Positions 48,894 to 60,219 of a stretch of DNA of 64,000 nucleotides are shown piece by piece. The position numbers were made by a program, and so were the translations under genes. The stretch spans positions 124,001-188,000 of the IMG/VR virus record IMGVR_UViG_3300010885_076238; one strand, written 5' to 3'. The first letter of the stretch is position 1. Each line of letters opens with the position of its first letter. Under the pieces are notes generated by a model. It made no database searches, was not told the DNA's origin, and was given only the letters and a program-made list of their open reading frames with translations.

Positions 48894-49820
48894 ATGAATA
48901 AGTTTTTATTTATATTTATTATTTTATTATCGAGGCCTGTTTTCTCTCAGGAGAAGACAGGCTTTGCTATTGATCCAAATGCAAATAATGTAGCTGCATT
49001 GTTTACAATGACAGATGAAGGCGGAAGAACTAAGAATTTAGACTTAATGGACAGCATATTTAAAGATGGATCTTTAGGATTTGAATGTCAACGTTACCAT
49101 AATGTTTCTTCTGTATTTATTTATAAAAAATTAACAGAGCTAGCTTTAAAATTAGAAGAGGACGCGACCTTACTGTTATATTTTAATAGTCATGGAGGAG
49201 GAAGCGGCGACAGGTTTGCTATGACCGCTCAGGGTGGGAGTTTTAAATTTAGTAAAGCTTTAGAATCATTGGGCAAATCTAATAAAAAAATAAAAAGGCT
49301 TATATTCCTTGTGGATACTTGTCATGCTGCTGGAAGTATACAGGATAGTTTAAAGCAGGATGGGGAATTATTAAAAAACATTCAATCAGCAAAGCCTACT
49401 GATTATCTTCCTGAACTTTCTGACGCGGCAGTTTATAATCAGCGTCCATTTAGATCTATATTTGATATTAAAAATAATAAATTAGATTTCGGTGAAAATA
49501 GTGGGATTTACAGTGAAATACTAATCATTAGTTCTTCTAGTGTTGAGGATCTTTCTATAAGGGGAGCATTTGCTTCTAGGTTGGCAACAACTTTTGGAAA
49601 AATTAAAGATAATAAGGAAGTAACAGTTGGTCAGTTTTTGAAAAAGTTTGCAGATAGTCATTTGGCAAGTGGTCAACAACCTTATTACAAGATCCTTCCT
49701 GATAATTCCATGTTTGATGAATTATTATTTGGAATACCTTATGCTAGATTGATTCCGATTGTTGATTGGGACAATGACAATAAAAATAAATCTGATTTCA
49801 TCCCTTTGCCGAGATTATGA
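48894..49820 (+). CDS. secreted caspase-like (clan CD) peptidase
   Basis: LLLYFNSHGG and FLVDTCHA dyad; signal peptide. Confidence 0.8.
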   Translation: MNKFLFIFIILLSRPVFSQEKTGFAIDPNANNVAALFTMTDEGGRTKNLDLMDSIFKDGSLGFECQRYHNVSSVFIYKKLTELALKLEEDATLLLYFNSHGGGSGDRFAMTAQGGSFKFSKALESLGKSNKKIKRLIFLVDTCHAAGSIQDSLKQDGELLKNIQSAKPTDYLPELSDAAVYNQRPFRSIFDIKNNKLDFGENSGIYSEILIISSSSVEDLSIRGAFASRLATTFGKIKDNKEVTVGQFLKKFADSHLASGQQPYYKILPDNSMFDELLFGIPYARLIPIVDWDNDNKNKSDFIPLPRL

Positions 49821-50428
49821 ACAAAGTTTTTCAAATTGGATTTAATAAATGTGCAACGACTTCTTTTTTCTTGTTATTTGGAAAAACAACAAGACCAAGT
49901 GTAAAGTCTATCCATTGGGATGTTGGAAGACTTGCTTATAAAATTCACAGAAACCATCTAGAAAACAAGCCTCTTCTTACTGGTTATGAGGAGTACACTT
50001 TTTTTAGTGACATAGAGGGGCCAATAGACGGAGACAAAAATTCTCCTTTGATATATGTTCATAAAGAATATTATAAAGATTTAGATAAACAATATCCAGA
50101 TAGTAAATTTATATTGAACACAAGAAATGTTTATGATTGGCTAGAAAGTAGAAAAAAACATTTAAATAGAAAAGACTATCAAATAAGATCGTATTTTGAA
50201 AGATGTAAATTTCATTATAAATTAAATGATCATCAGCTAGTTGAGAAATGGCTTTTGGAATGGGAAGATCATCATAACGATGTTTTAAATTATTTTAAAG
50301 ATAGGCCAGACGATTTATTGATTTATAATATTGATCATGATAATTTAGATAAAATTAAAAAATTCTTTCCCGAAATAAACTTTAGGTGCAAAGAATTTCC
50401 TTGGTCTAAAAAATTTAAGTGCTACTAG
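49817..50428 (+). CDS. sulfotransferase family protein
   Basis: IGFNKCATTS, YPDSKFILNTR, WLES. Confidence 0.85.
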   Translation: MNKVFQIGFNKCATTSFFLLFGKTTRPSVKSIHWDVGRLAYKIHRNHLENKPLLTGYEEYTFFSDIEGPIDGDKNSPLIYVHKEYYKDLDKQYPDSKFILNTRNVYDWLESRKKHLNRKDYQIRSYFERCKFHYKLNDHQLVEKWLLEWEDHHNDVLNYFKDRPDDLLIYNIDHDNLDKIKKFFPEINFRCKEFPWSKKFKCY

Positions 50429-52428
50429 TAATAAGCATTTTGTGGTATGATGCCATTTCCAAATGAATCAAATGTAACACGATATATTCCATCAGGATGT
50501 CTAGTAGGGTAATCCCAATAATCTTCATTTCTACTATTTAGTGGATCTGGTCCTTTGTAATAGCCAGCTTTTAGCCATTCGTCTTCAGTAGGAACCCTAT
50601 ACAATGCATTTTGATTTGCTTGTATGTTTGGCTGATATCCATTCAATGTGTAAGCTCCATCTAAAGTATACTCAAGACCAATAGGAGTTTGTCCCAGAAC
50701 GGCCATATTATGTAACCAATTAGCAAATTTTACAGCACTAAACCAATCTATAAAAACAACAGGTTTATTTCCCATATTTGTTTTTACAGAATATTTACTT
50801 CCAATAGAAGCAGAATTATTAAATAATATTCCCCCAGTGATATCACTACTCATTTTGGAATTATAAAAGTCATATCTGTTTCCTTCATGATCGGCTGCGT
50901 TCAAAAATAATACGTATTCGGCATTTGTTACCGGGTATTTCATTATTTTGTACTCATAATCAACTTGTCCAATCAGCTTGTAGGCGTATCCGTATTGAGC
51001 TTGTCCTCCAACATTATTGGCAGTATAATTTAAATAAGGCGGATTTCCCAAATCTCCGACCGTTAAGAATTCATTTGATCCAGACGTGAAAGAATGATAA
51101 TCTAAAGGATCAGTTGAACTGGACAATCTGAATCCAATAACATCACTTTTAATTGGATAACTATTTACCGTTCCGTCCTCATTTAAATTAATTCCTGGGT
51201 TGTTGAAGAACCTGGCGTTGGTGTGTCCCATAGAAACGTTGCCTCCTGCCCAATGTCCGCTTCTAATTCCTCTTTGATATTGTCGGTTGAACATTTCTAG
51301 TGCATCATTCCATTCGTAAACAAGACCTCCTTGATCATACGTTCCGTAATATGAAGATCCTCCATTTGTTCCTACTGTGGTGATTTTATTAGATCTACCC
51401 AGAACACCTATATTTGAGCAGTGCGGTCCGCGATTACTACCACTAAAAGTAAACTGAACCGTATCGCTTACAACAGAATTAGCTCCTGATGCTATTACAA
51501 ATCTATATCTATCTCTCGTTACAGAATCAAAATAGTCTGCGTTATTTGTGCCAAAAGATTGGCTTCGAGTTGCTTCGAAAATGCTACCATTTTGAAGAAG
51601 ATTAGAGGCTATTGTTGTGTTTTGATCTACAAATTCTCCCAAGCCATTTGTTTGCTTTTGTGTGGTGACTGTTGTGGTGCTTGGAGATGTGGTTGTAAAT
51701 CTGACAGTAAAAACCCCACGGTATTCATCGATTGAAGAATTTTGTGGTTGATTTACTATTGTTATGCTAGCTCCCATCGGAGTTTGGGTTGGCGTGGGCG
51801 TTGGTGTGATTGTATCTAAGCATTCTAAGTAATGAAATCCATCGGTAATAGATTTAATTTTATATGTTCCATTATACACTCTAGGGTCCATAATGTCCCA
51901 GACAGGGTGTGTAGGATCCAAATCTTTTTCTGCATTTGAGATGACCACTGATTCTCCGACAATAAATCCTAAATTGCCAATGGTACTATCAATGCTATTA
52001 TACAATGCAAAATAGGGATCTATGAGCAGATCCTCTCGATTAACAATATCCAAGCTGCCATGACAACCCCAATCATTAGAGACTCCTTGAATTATAATTC
52101 CACTGGTTTGCCCTGTGATAGTAGCTCTGGAATACAAATTGTTGTTATTTGGCCATTGATCAAGATTACAATTATCTTCTGGCGTTAGATTTTTCGTTGG
52201 CGTCAATGTAGGGGTTGGTGTTGGTGTTGGCCTTAAGCTTTCAATTACGCAGTTTGAATCATATTCTTCAAAGTACAAATGAACAGTTCCGTACCAATCA
52301 TCAGTAGTCCATAGATAGGGTATAATTTGATATCCCAAGTCTATAGGCTCCCCAAGAGAGTCAGGAAAAAATAATATATGGGCCAACTTTCCATTATAAT
52401 TGTTTGATGATATTTTTATTGTTTGCAT
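50425..52428 (-). CDS. PT-repeat virion-type protein with permuted FGE-sulfatase (SUMF1) domain
   Basis: PTPT linkers; GTYDQGGLVYEW, IGFRL, VTNAEY, PTEDEWLKAG. Confidence 0.85.
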   Translation of the reverse strand: MQTIKISSNNYNGKLAHILFFPDSLGEPIDLGYQIIPYLWTTDDWYGTVHLYFEEYDSNCVIESLRPTPTPTPTLTPTKNLTPEDNCNLDQWPNNNNLYSRATITGQTSGIIIQGVSNDWGCHGSLDIVNREDLLIDPYFALYNSIDSTIGNLGFIVGESVVISNAEKDLDPTHPVWDIMDPRVYNGTYKIKSITDGFHYLECLDTITPTPTPTQTPMGASITIVNQPQNSSIDEYRGVFTVRFTTTSPSTTTVTTQKQTNGLGEFVDQNTTIASNLLQNGSIFEATRSQSFGTNNADYFDSVTRDRYRFVIASGANSVVSDTVQFTFSGSNRGPHCSNIGVLGRSNKITTVGTNGGSSYYGTYDQGGLVYEWNDALEMFNRQYQRGIRSGHWAGGNVSMGHTNARFFNNPGINLNEDGTVNSYPIKSDVIGFRLSSSTDPLDYHSFTSGSNEFLTVGDLGNPPYLNYTANNVGGQAQYGYAYKLIGQVDYEYKIMKYPVTNAEYVLFLNAADHEGNRYDFYNSKMSSDITGGILFNNSASIGSKYSVKTNMGNKPVVFIDWFSAVKFANWLHNMAVLGQTPIGLEYTLDGAYTLNGYQPNIQANQNALYRVPTEDEWLKAGYYKGPDPLNSRNEDYWDYPTRHPDGIYRVTFDSFGNGIIPQNAYY

Positions 52429-52485
52429 AATGAATTAATTTATTGAATTTATCAATACAATATATATATAATTTGGAGGTAATTT

Positions 52486-55178
52486 ATGAAATTTTCACTA
52501 TGGCTCGAAAGAAGAAATCAAAAATCAGCTACAAAAGAACCAATTAAAAAGAGCGCTTTAGAACTAGCTAAAAGAGCAGCCAGTAAAAATATCCATGATA
52601 TGCAACATGGAAGAGCTGGTGCGATGGAGCCTAGAACAATAAATAAGAAATCAAGAGGCGAACAAAATAGACGAGCCATAAGAGACCAGTATTAAAATGC
52701 TCGTGTTCGGAACAATTTCCTAGGAGATTTTCATTGATTTTCTAAGTATTTCAGCTGCCTTTAGTATAGTTTGAGCTTCTTCTTGTGATATGTTTAGCAT
52801 TCCTAAAGCCTGAACAACTCCTCCATCAATTTTATTAGGAGTGAAATCTATCAGATTAAGATCTAATTTTGAATATAAGTTGTCGTTTTTAACAACTCCA
52901 TTTATTATTCTTGGTTTTATATTTTCTACTGATCCTGGGCCTGTGCCTTCTGTTGTTGTTGCTGTCATTTTTTTTCCTTTATAATTTTTCCTGTTGCATT
53001 TATTTATTGCGCTTTGGCCAAAAATTACAAACCAAATATTTTATTATGAATAAATATTTTAAACAATACGACATGAGGTTTGTATTCCATGACAGAACTA
53101 AGCAGAATGCAATTAATACAAAAAGCAGATGAAATATGTGAATTTGCTAGAAAAATTTTTAATAATAAGCGAGCAGAGTTATTAAGAAAAGCAGCACAAT
53201 TTTATAAAGAAGCTACATTATCAGTTATGGCTGAAAAGGTTGAAAAAGAAGCCGCTGATTGGGAAATGTGGGAAAAAGGAGAGTGATTTTAACTTTCGGA
53301 AAATTAAATACTAGAGTATTTGTATGAACGAACAGCAAATCAAAGATAAAATATCAGAAATAAGAAGTTATATAATATCTGAATATTGCAGTGTAGATCA
53401 AGCTAAAGAACTGCATCAAGAAATCAAGAAATATGAAGATATGTTAAAAAAAGTTCTCGAAGATAAATAGAAATTTTTAATCTTTACTTATTATACAAAA
53501 ATTTCACCTTCGGCGTCGAAGCCGATATTTTGAGCCATAAGTTGTTTGTGTGTTGCTAAAATATCACTGACTGGTTGTAATGAAAAGTTGTTTTGCAATA
53601 ATCGCCAAGTGTTTTTTATTTGCGATTGTTTGTGTGCTACTGGGGGTTTTTCTGTGAAGAACTCTCCTTGTCCTTCCCGTCCCAATTCTTCAAAATCAGT
53701 TTTTTTAAATGTTGATATCCAAGGTTTGTAGTCTTTAACAACTTGTACATCTTGTTGTCTAATATACAAAGTTTTCTTTGGTTTAGTAGGAACCAGTATC
53801 CAAGGCATATTCCTAGGTATTAGGTAAGATACAACATTGTGATATTTTCCAGCAAAAGCTCCTGATCTAAAACGTCCGGGTGTTGTTCCTTGTGGTGTTT
53901 GTGCCCAATTTGGAACTTCGTTTGGAACAGATGTTGGACCACTTTCACCATTGTTTGTAATATAAAATTGTCTAAGATTAGAGTGGTCCCCAAAATCTCT
54001 TTTTTCTGCGTCTATTCTGAATACACGATTTTCAAGCCATAATTTAAAGTTCATAATTTTATAAAATATAAGCTTCACCATTTTCAATTAATTTCAATAT
54101 GAAATCGTAAGCTTTTCCTGAGTCTTTTCTTTCCATTTTTCTAATCTTATTATGATAAATTGAATCAACGATTATTGTTTTTCGTTCTCCATTTATATTA
54201 ATGAGTATTCTTCCGTCTTTTGAATAACCGGTAAAGAGTACATTTTCATTTATAAAATCACGAAAGCTTTTCATTATTTTTTAGTCTTTTTAGTAAACAA
54301 ATACAAGTTGGAAACTGTGCGTTCTCAGAATAATTTGATCCGCTAGATGGCATTCCTGTTTCACGAACTGGTTCCCATCCTTCTTCCAATAGTTTTTCAA
54401 GACTTTTTATAGAAGAGTTTTTTTCGTCTAAAACTAAAATTTGATATTTATATTCATATTCCATATTGATCGTAATCTTCCTCTCCTGGGTGTTTTGAAA
54501 TTCTACTATCAAGTTGTTTTTCTACATCTTGCTTCCATCCCATTTTATCTATATATTCATTTGTTTTTTTTATTAAATGATCTATATGATCCATGTAAGT
54601 GTTATAAGCTAATCTAGCACTCATCTTTTTTTTATGATCATGTGATCCTGCTGAGTTTGAGTGATCAATATCTTCTTGAGACATTTTAATCATTTCTAAT
54701 TCATCAGCATCTTCACCAAGACCTAACACTCTTAATTTTCTTACAAGATTATTATGATAGCTCTTATCTTGATAAACACCTTTATTTGGTCGGATATCAT
54801 CCGCTTCCAATAAATGAAAAAAAAGGTCAACCCATAAATCTTTTTTATCAAGCCATTCATAAAAGTTTTGCATACATTATATATAATTTAATGATTAATT
54901 AATATGTTCGCATTTATTTCGGAGAGATGATGAGTGCCAAAAATTTTAGTTTTAAATTATGGTTGGAAGAAAACGCAGCACCAGCACCAGCACCAGCACC
55001 AGCACCAACTTCATCAACACCATCATCAACACAAACTTCGGATTCTGGATCTACCCTTTCTAAGGACATAGCAAAGGTGCCGACCAAAGTGGGATGCAGC
55101 ACTGTTAGTTGTTGCAGTAAAGATTTTTTCAGAAATTGGCATTACAAAAAAAAGAGAAAAAAGAGGAAGAAAAAATGA
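52486..55178. other. small CDS on both strands (52486-52695 +, 52720-52968 -, 53089-53286 +, 53491-54054 -, 54059-54274 -, 54258-54461 -, 54454-54873 -, 54927-55178 +)
   Basis: Several begin with an MxFxxWLE-type motif. Confidence 0.6.
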
Positions 55179-55990
55179 AAACGGGTTTCTGTTTTACAGG
55201 AGAAGGAGCTAGAGGAGCAATACAAGCAGGAATAGCCTTGGGTTTGCATAATCAAGGCATAAATGCTGACTTTACAATTGGAATATCATCAGGATCTATT
55301 TGTGCTGCTTCATATGCGTATCTAGGACCTAAAGGATTAGCTGAAATGTGGTCTAATGTTAATAATATTTTTGATGTTTTTGGAATTAATTATAATTTAA
55401 TTGGCAAAACAGGACTATTGAATCAGAAGCCAATGCAAAAAATCTTGCAAAAAGCGATGGAAAACGAACCAATATGTGAAAGCGTTGTTATTAGAATGAA
55501 TATAGAAGATGGTTATTTAGACTATGTGTCAAATAAAGATGTATCTTCTAGCGAATTCGCAGAAGCAGTTTTAGGAAGCGTAGCCATTACTGCTTTAGTA
55601 GAAGATAGAAATGGCTGGGTAGATGCTGGGAGTCGTCAAATAGCCCCTCTAGATCAATGTATAAGGGCAGGTTGTGATAATATCTATGTGATTATGGGTA
55701 GGCCTCTTCATTTGCCTCCTTGGCAAAAACCTAAAGGTTTATTTAAATTATTTAATATGGCATTTAGGGCGTTCGATATAACCCTCTATGAAATAATGAT
55801 TAGAGATATAAATAGTTGCATAAGGGACAAGTCACACCCCGATTTCAAAAATGTAAATATTTTTTTAGTAGAGCCTAAAGAATTATTTTATGAAAGCGTT
55901 GAATTTGCCAAATGCAAAAAAGGCGTTGTTTATGGGACAACAGAATACAACAGACATGATAAAAAAGGATTGAGAAAATTTATAAAATGA
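55175..55990 (+). CDS. patatin-like phospholipase
   Basis: GEGARG, GISSG, DAG. Confidence 0.88.
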   Translation: MKTGFCFTGEGARGAIQAGIALGLHNQGINADFTIGISSGSICAASYAYLGPKGLAEMWSNVNNIFDVFGINYNLIGKTGLLNQKPMQKILQKAMENEPICESVVIRMNIEDGYLDYVSNKDVSSSEFAEAVLGSVAITALVEDRNGWVDAGSRQIAPLDQCIRAGCDNIYVIMGRPLHLPPWQKPKGLFKLFNMAFRAFDITLYEIMIRDINSCIRDKSHPDFKNVNIFLVEPKELFYESVEFAKCKKGVVYGTTEYNRHDKKGLRKFIK

Positions 55991-56253
55991 ACTTCAAAGA
56001 ATGGCTTATGAAAGAAGGTTCTAATACCGGATCTAAAACTGGTCTGTACCCTTTGGGATACGGAGGCGTAGGTTTGTATCCTCCATCATGGTACATAACA
56101 AGAAGCGCAGATGCAATTTATTATTTCACAATTGATGAAAGAATATATAAATCTAAGGATGGAGGTCTTTTTGATATTAGTCATATTCCAGGCAATAATA
56201 TAAAACAAAACTCTGGCGAGGGTGGATCTTGGAACATTACGAAAATAAAATAA
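55987..56253 (+). CDS. putative virion internal protein
   Basis: MNFKEWLMKE N-terminus. Confidence 0.6.
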   Translation: MNFKEWLMKEGSNTGSKTGLYPLGYGGVGLYPPSWYITRSADAIYYFTIDERIYKSKDGGLFDISHIPGNNIKQNSGEGGSWNITKIK

Positions 56254-56254
56254 C

Positions 56255-56716
56255 ATGACATTATCAATAAGAAAAATTAATTCTAAAGATTATAATGAAA
56301 TAGAAAATATAGCAAATCAAAGCTACTCAGAAGATTATTATGAATCTGAAGAAAGTTTCATTAGCAAGATAGAGAAATTTCCAGATGGATGTTATGTCGC
56401 TGATCTAGACGGTGTTGTGGGATACGTAATATCATTTCCTTATTACGTAGGAAAATCTTTTCCCATCAATACGAATTACGAAATAGTAGAAAATCCAAAT
56501 TGTTGGTATATACACGACCTTTGTGTTGTTGAAAGATTCAGAAACAAAGGTGTTGCAAAAACACTTGCAAAAGAAATAATTAAAAAATCATGGAATGTCG
56601 TGGCTCTAACAGCAGTGCAAAATTCAACTTCTTTTTGGAACAAGTTTGGATTTTTATCTTTTAAAATAGTAAATTACTGTAACCAAAAAGCAGACTATAT
56701 GATATTAATTAAATAA
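56255..56716 (+). CDS. GNAT acetyltransferase
   Basis: YIHDLCVVERFRNKGVA, FWNKFGF. Confidence 0.9.
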   Translation: MTLSIRKINSKDYNEIENIANQSYSEDYYESEESFISKIEKFPDGCYVADLDGVVGYVISFPYYVGKSFPINTNYEIVENPNCWYIHDLCVVERFRNKGVAKTLAKEIIKKSWNVVALTAVQNSTSFWNKFGFLSFKIVNYCNQKADYMILIK

Positions 56717-56724
56717 AGGAAAAA

Positions 56725-58008
56725 ATGATTGAAGAAATAGATTATTCAGAAGAAGCAAAATTTGATCTGTTCGAATCAGTTAAAAAAGAAAAGACCTCCT
56801 GGGCCAGTTGCATCATATCAAAAATGCCACCTTCTTATGAAGATGTTAAAATAAAATTAGAAAAGATGGATATGTCAATAACAAAAAAAGAATATGAAAA
56901 AATATGCAAAGAATTAGGATTTAATTTTTAGTCATAAATCTTTTCATAAATTGACTGCCGCTGTATTCGTTTCTTAGTTTTCTAATTTCTAAAATCGCTT
57001 CTTTTATTATTTCTTCTTTTTCTTTATCTTCAAACGTAATTTTACTTAATTTTTCAATTATATCCATAAGACTACCTCTTTAAAAATCTAAAGATACAAC
57101 ACTTTTCACCTCGAAATCTTCTGATTGAGTATTTCAATTTTTCAACTAATAATTTTAATTTAATAAACATTATTTTATCCAAAATACAAAATCGTTTAGT
57201 TCTTCGTCAAAAGCAGATTCTAAGGCCCCAGAAGAAACCAAATTGACCAAAGAGTTACTAATCATTCTACTATTTAAATTTTCTATAATTTTATATAATG
57301 TCTTTTTAGAAAACTTATAGCCAGACTTGTATTTTTTGATCATAGTCATAGCTATGTTTTTAGTTTCTTCAATTGTTATAATAGAATCGATATTTTTTGG
57401 TTTTTCTAATTTCAATAAATAATCTTCTTTATCTTGAAAGGAATCATTGATTTCAATAAATTTTTCAAACGAGATTTCTCTTACTCGTTGTAAAAAATTA
57501 TCTATTTCTTGATCTTCTATGTAAAACCAATCATTCATCTTTTTTCTTTTTCTTTTTCTTAGGTTTTTCTTCCAAGTCTTGATCTTGTTTCTTTACTTCA
57601 TTTTTCTTGTTCACAATAGAAAGAAGTCTGGCTCTTTCTTTTTTTGCTCCAACATCTTTTCCAAAAACAGAGTCTAAAGAAGATATTTGGTCCTGTGGAC
57701 TTCTTTTATCTCTTTTTTGCTGTCTATCTTCAGCCTCTTGTTTTTTTAGATCTTTACTCTTTCCCATATTTATCCCTTTGTTAATGTTATTTCCAAAAAC
57801 TTTTAATCTTGGTTTCTTCGTTTTTTGAAACTATTGTTTTTGCCAAAGTAGACAAAATAAAAACAGAAATCCAAGTCTTCCAATTATAAGGAGTGTCTAA
57901 ATGAAATAAATTATTCAATGCCCATATTACTAATAGAGGCGTATAAAATATAAGAAAAAAAGACAATAAAACCAAGCAAAATGTAACTAAAATTTCTTTA
58001 TTATTCAT
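56725..58008. other. small CDS (56725-56931 +, 57170-57538 -, 57531-57767 -, 57787-58008 -)
   Basis: ORF track; contiguous minus-strand operon. Confidence 0.6.
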
Positions 58009-59405
58009 TATAAACTCCTTATAAAATCTTCCCAGTCCTGGGCAGATTTTTTTTCTTCAAACAAAACTCTAGACTTTTCTAGCAATTCTGTTCTTTTACT
58101 TTTATCTTTATTTGTGGCTATGCTGACTGCCTTTTCAATATACTCTTCCACAGTATTAACACAGTAATCTTTTTCTAAATTTATTTTTTTATAGAAGCCA
58201 TAAGTAAATCTGCCATTAATCTTATTAGTTGGCATAGAAACAACAGGAAGCCCACAGGCAAAACACTCAAGAGTAGAATTCATATTTCCAAAAGGATAGC
58301 TTTCTATAAATACATCACTTAGATACAACAAGTTCATATTGTCATTGGAATCTAATCTAGACAGAAATCTTATTCTATTAGCATATTCCAAACCAAGGTT
58401 TTTCTCAAGAGCAGTATAAAATATTAAATCAAAATTAGAAAATCCCAATTTGGTAAGAACAATTAAAGCCTTTTCGTCCTTTTCCAAGATGCCTTTAAAT
58501 ATATCAAACATTTCTTTGCCCATCTTAAAAAAAGAAGAATTGCAAAAGTAAATGTTATTATCCTTATGTATTTGGAAATATTCTCTTGGTTTAAAGTTAT
58601 TTATATAATTTTCTAGTTGTATTTTCTTATAAACAATCCCCAAAGAATCAAAAAGAATTGGCTTTTCTGTGTAGTTATTTTCCGGCTCTGTTTCATAGTA
58701 CTTGGAAGTGACAAAATAGTCCGCCGTTCCACTCGATTCACTATGTCCAAACGTGGTCACCTGAACAGGCGCAAGTCTAAAAAGCCCTATGCAAGAAGTC
58801 ATAGCATCCATGTTCATATCAGGATAAACTATAACGTCATACCGCCCAGCACCTATTTTTTCTATGTTTTTTTCTATGTTGTCTGTTTGTATTATGTTTT
58901 TACAATCTTTATAAGACTCCATAACATCATTGCTAACAGGATATTGAGTCATTAGATCAATATGAAAATCAGGAACTTTTGATAAATGCTCTAAAATTCC
59001 ATGAGTTGATTTATAAACAGAAGAATTACAATTCATTCTTGAGCTAAAAAACAATATTTTTTTATAAGGCTTATTGTATGGAGTTTCACATTTATATTTT
59101 TCATTTATTTTATTAATATAATTGCCAAATGAATTTTTATAAATATAAATAAAATCTTCTAAAATATCTTTTATACTCAAGCCATAATAAGCCAAATAAA
59201 AAACAGGCAAGCCATTATTTAATAAATTTATATCAGCCTTCTCTTTTTCATAACTTGGTACGCTATCAACATACTCTTTGAATTTAGCTAAATGCTCTCT
59301 TACTTTTAATAAATGTTGGCCTCTTTCTTTATGATCCATTTCCAAAATGTAATGAGGAATTTGACTAAGAGGCTCAATTGCTTTTGATATTAGATTTTCA
59401 TTCAT
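58008..59405 (-). CDS. GT41-like (OGT/HMW1C-type) protein glycosyltransferase
   Basis: RLAPVQVTTFGH, DVFIESYPFGNMNSTLE...GLPVV. Confidence 0.85.
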   Translation of the reverse strand: MNENLISKAIEPLSQIPHYILEMDHKERGQHLLKVREHLAKFKEYVDSVPSYEKEKADINLLNNGLPVFYLAYYGLSIKDILEDFIYIYKNSFGNYINKINEKYKCETPYNKPYKKILFFSSRMNCNSSVYKSTHGILEHLSKVPDFHIDLMTQYPVSNDVMESYKDCKNIIQTDNIEKNIEKIGAGRYDVIVYPDMNMDAMTSCIGLFRLAPVQVTTFGHSESSGTADYFVTSKYYETEPENNYTEKPILFDSLGIVYKKIQLENYINNFKPREYFQIHKDNNIYFCNSSFFKMGKEMFDIFKGILEKDEKALIVLTKLGFSNFDLIFYTALEKNLGLEYANRIRFLSRLDSNDNMNLLYLSDVFIESYPFGNMNSTLECFACGLPVVSMPTNKINGRFTYGFYKKINLEKDYCVNTVEEYIEKAVSIATNKDKSKRTELLEKSRVLFEEKKSAQDWEDFIRSL

Positions 59406-59421
59406 TATAAAATTTCTACAG

Positions 59422-59503
59422 TGGTGGATGCTGGATTTGAACCAGCGAAGGCAATGCCATCAAATTTACAGTCTGACCCCTTTGACCGCTCGGGAAATCC
59501 ACC
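59422..59503 (-). tRNA. trnY: tRNA-Tyr(GUA)
   Basis: TCAGA-CTGTAAA-TTTGA; variable arm. Confidence 0.95.
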
Positions 59504-59509
59504 GGAAAA

Positions 59510-59580
59510 CACGGAAAGAAGGAATCGAACCCTCACCAGCCGCTTTGGAGACGGCAGTTCTACCATTAAACTATTTCCGC
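59510..59580 (-). tRNA. trnW: tRNA-Trp(CCA)
   Basis: GCCGT-CTCCAAA-GCGGC. Confidence 0.95.
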
Positions 59581-59638
59581 ACTCGCAACTCTGCGTCAGC
59601 CTCCGAGTAATATATTATAATAAAATGCTATAGAAAAA

Positions 59639-60118
59639 TCAACATAATTTTTTGTATCTATTTTTTCTTCCATTTCCCCTATTCCTGCCTTTGAAAGTTG
59701 GCAAAGTTGCATCGCAATTATTACATATAATTCTAAAATTAGATATTTCGTTATTTTTTGAATTTCCATCAATGTGGTCACTGACCAATGGAATTTTAAG
59801 CCCTGTCCATTCTGATAGGCCGCACATCATACATTTATGTCCGTATTTATGTATTAAATACGCTCTAACTAATCTACGAATGCTACAGTCTGTGTGTGTT
59901 TTGTAATTTCCACTTTCTACTGTTTCAGTTAGTCTTCTAATATTTTTTTCTTGAAAATTTTTATTTTTATTCCAAGGAATGGATCCTTTCTTTTTACCAG
60001 CTAATTTTGAATGAGTGTGTTTTATTTTTTGAAGATTGTTTTTACAACACATTTCGTGTGCAACTAGCGAGCCTTTGTTTTCTATTTTTTTATTACAAAA
60101 TTGACATTGATTTTTCAT
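59639..60118 (-). CDS. free-standing HNH endonuclease in tRNA cluster
   Basis: CMMC...DHIDGNSKNN...ICNNCD. Confidence 0.9.
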   Translation of the reverse strand: MKNQCQFCNKKIENKGSLVAHEMCCKNNLQKIKHTHSKLAGKKKGSIPWNKNKNFQEKNIRRLTETVESGNYKTHTDCSIRRLVRAYLIHKYGHKCMMCGLSEWTGLKIPLVSDHIDGNSKNNEISNFRIICNNCDATLPTFKGRNRGNGRKNRYKKLC

Positions 60119-60128
60119 AATGCTTGAG

Positions 60129-60215
60129 CAGAGGCCCAGGGAATCTAACCCTGACCGGTTTTATCCGGTCCGCTTTAGCAAAGCGGTGCAGCAAAACAGT
60201 ATCTGCCTGACCTCT
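60129..60215 (-). tRNA. trnS: tRNA-Ser(GCU), atypical D and T loops
   Basis: CCGCT-TTGCTAA-AGCGG, long variable arm, G73. Confidence 0.8.
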
Positions 60216-60219
60216 AAAA

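Noticed and set aside
50425-52428. Diversity-generating retroelement target
   Set aside because: The fold is a known DGR target, but no template repeat or reverse transcriptase is visible in this window.
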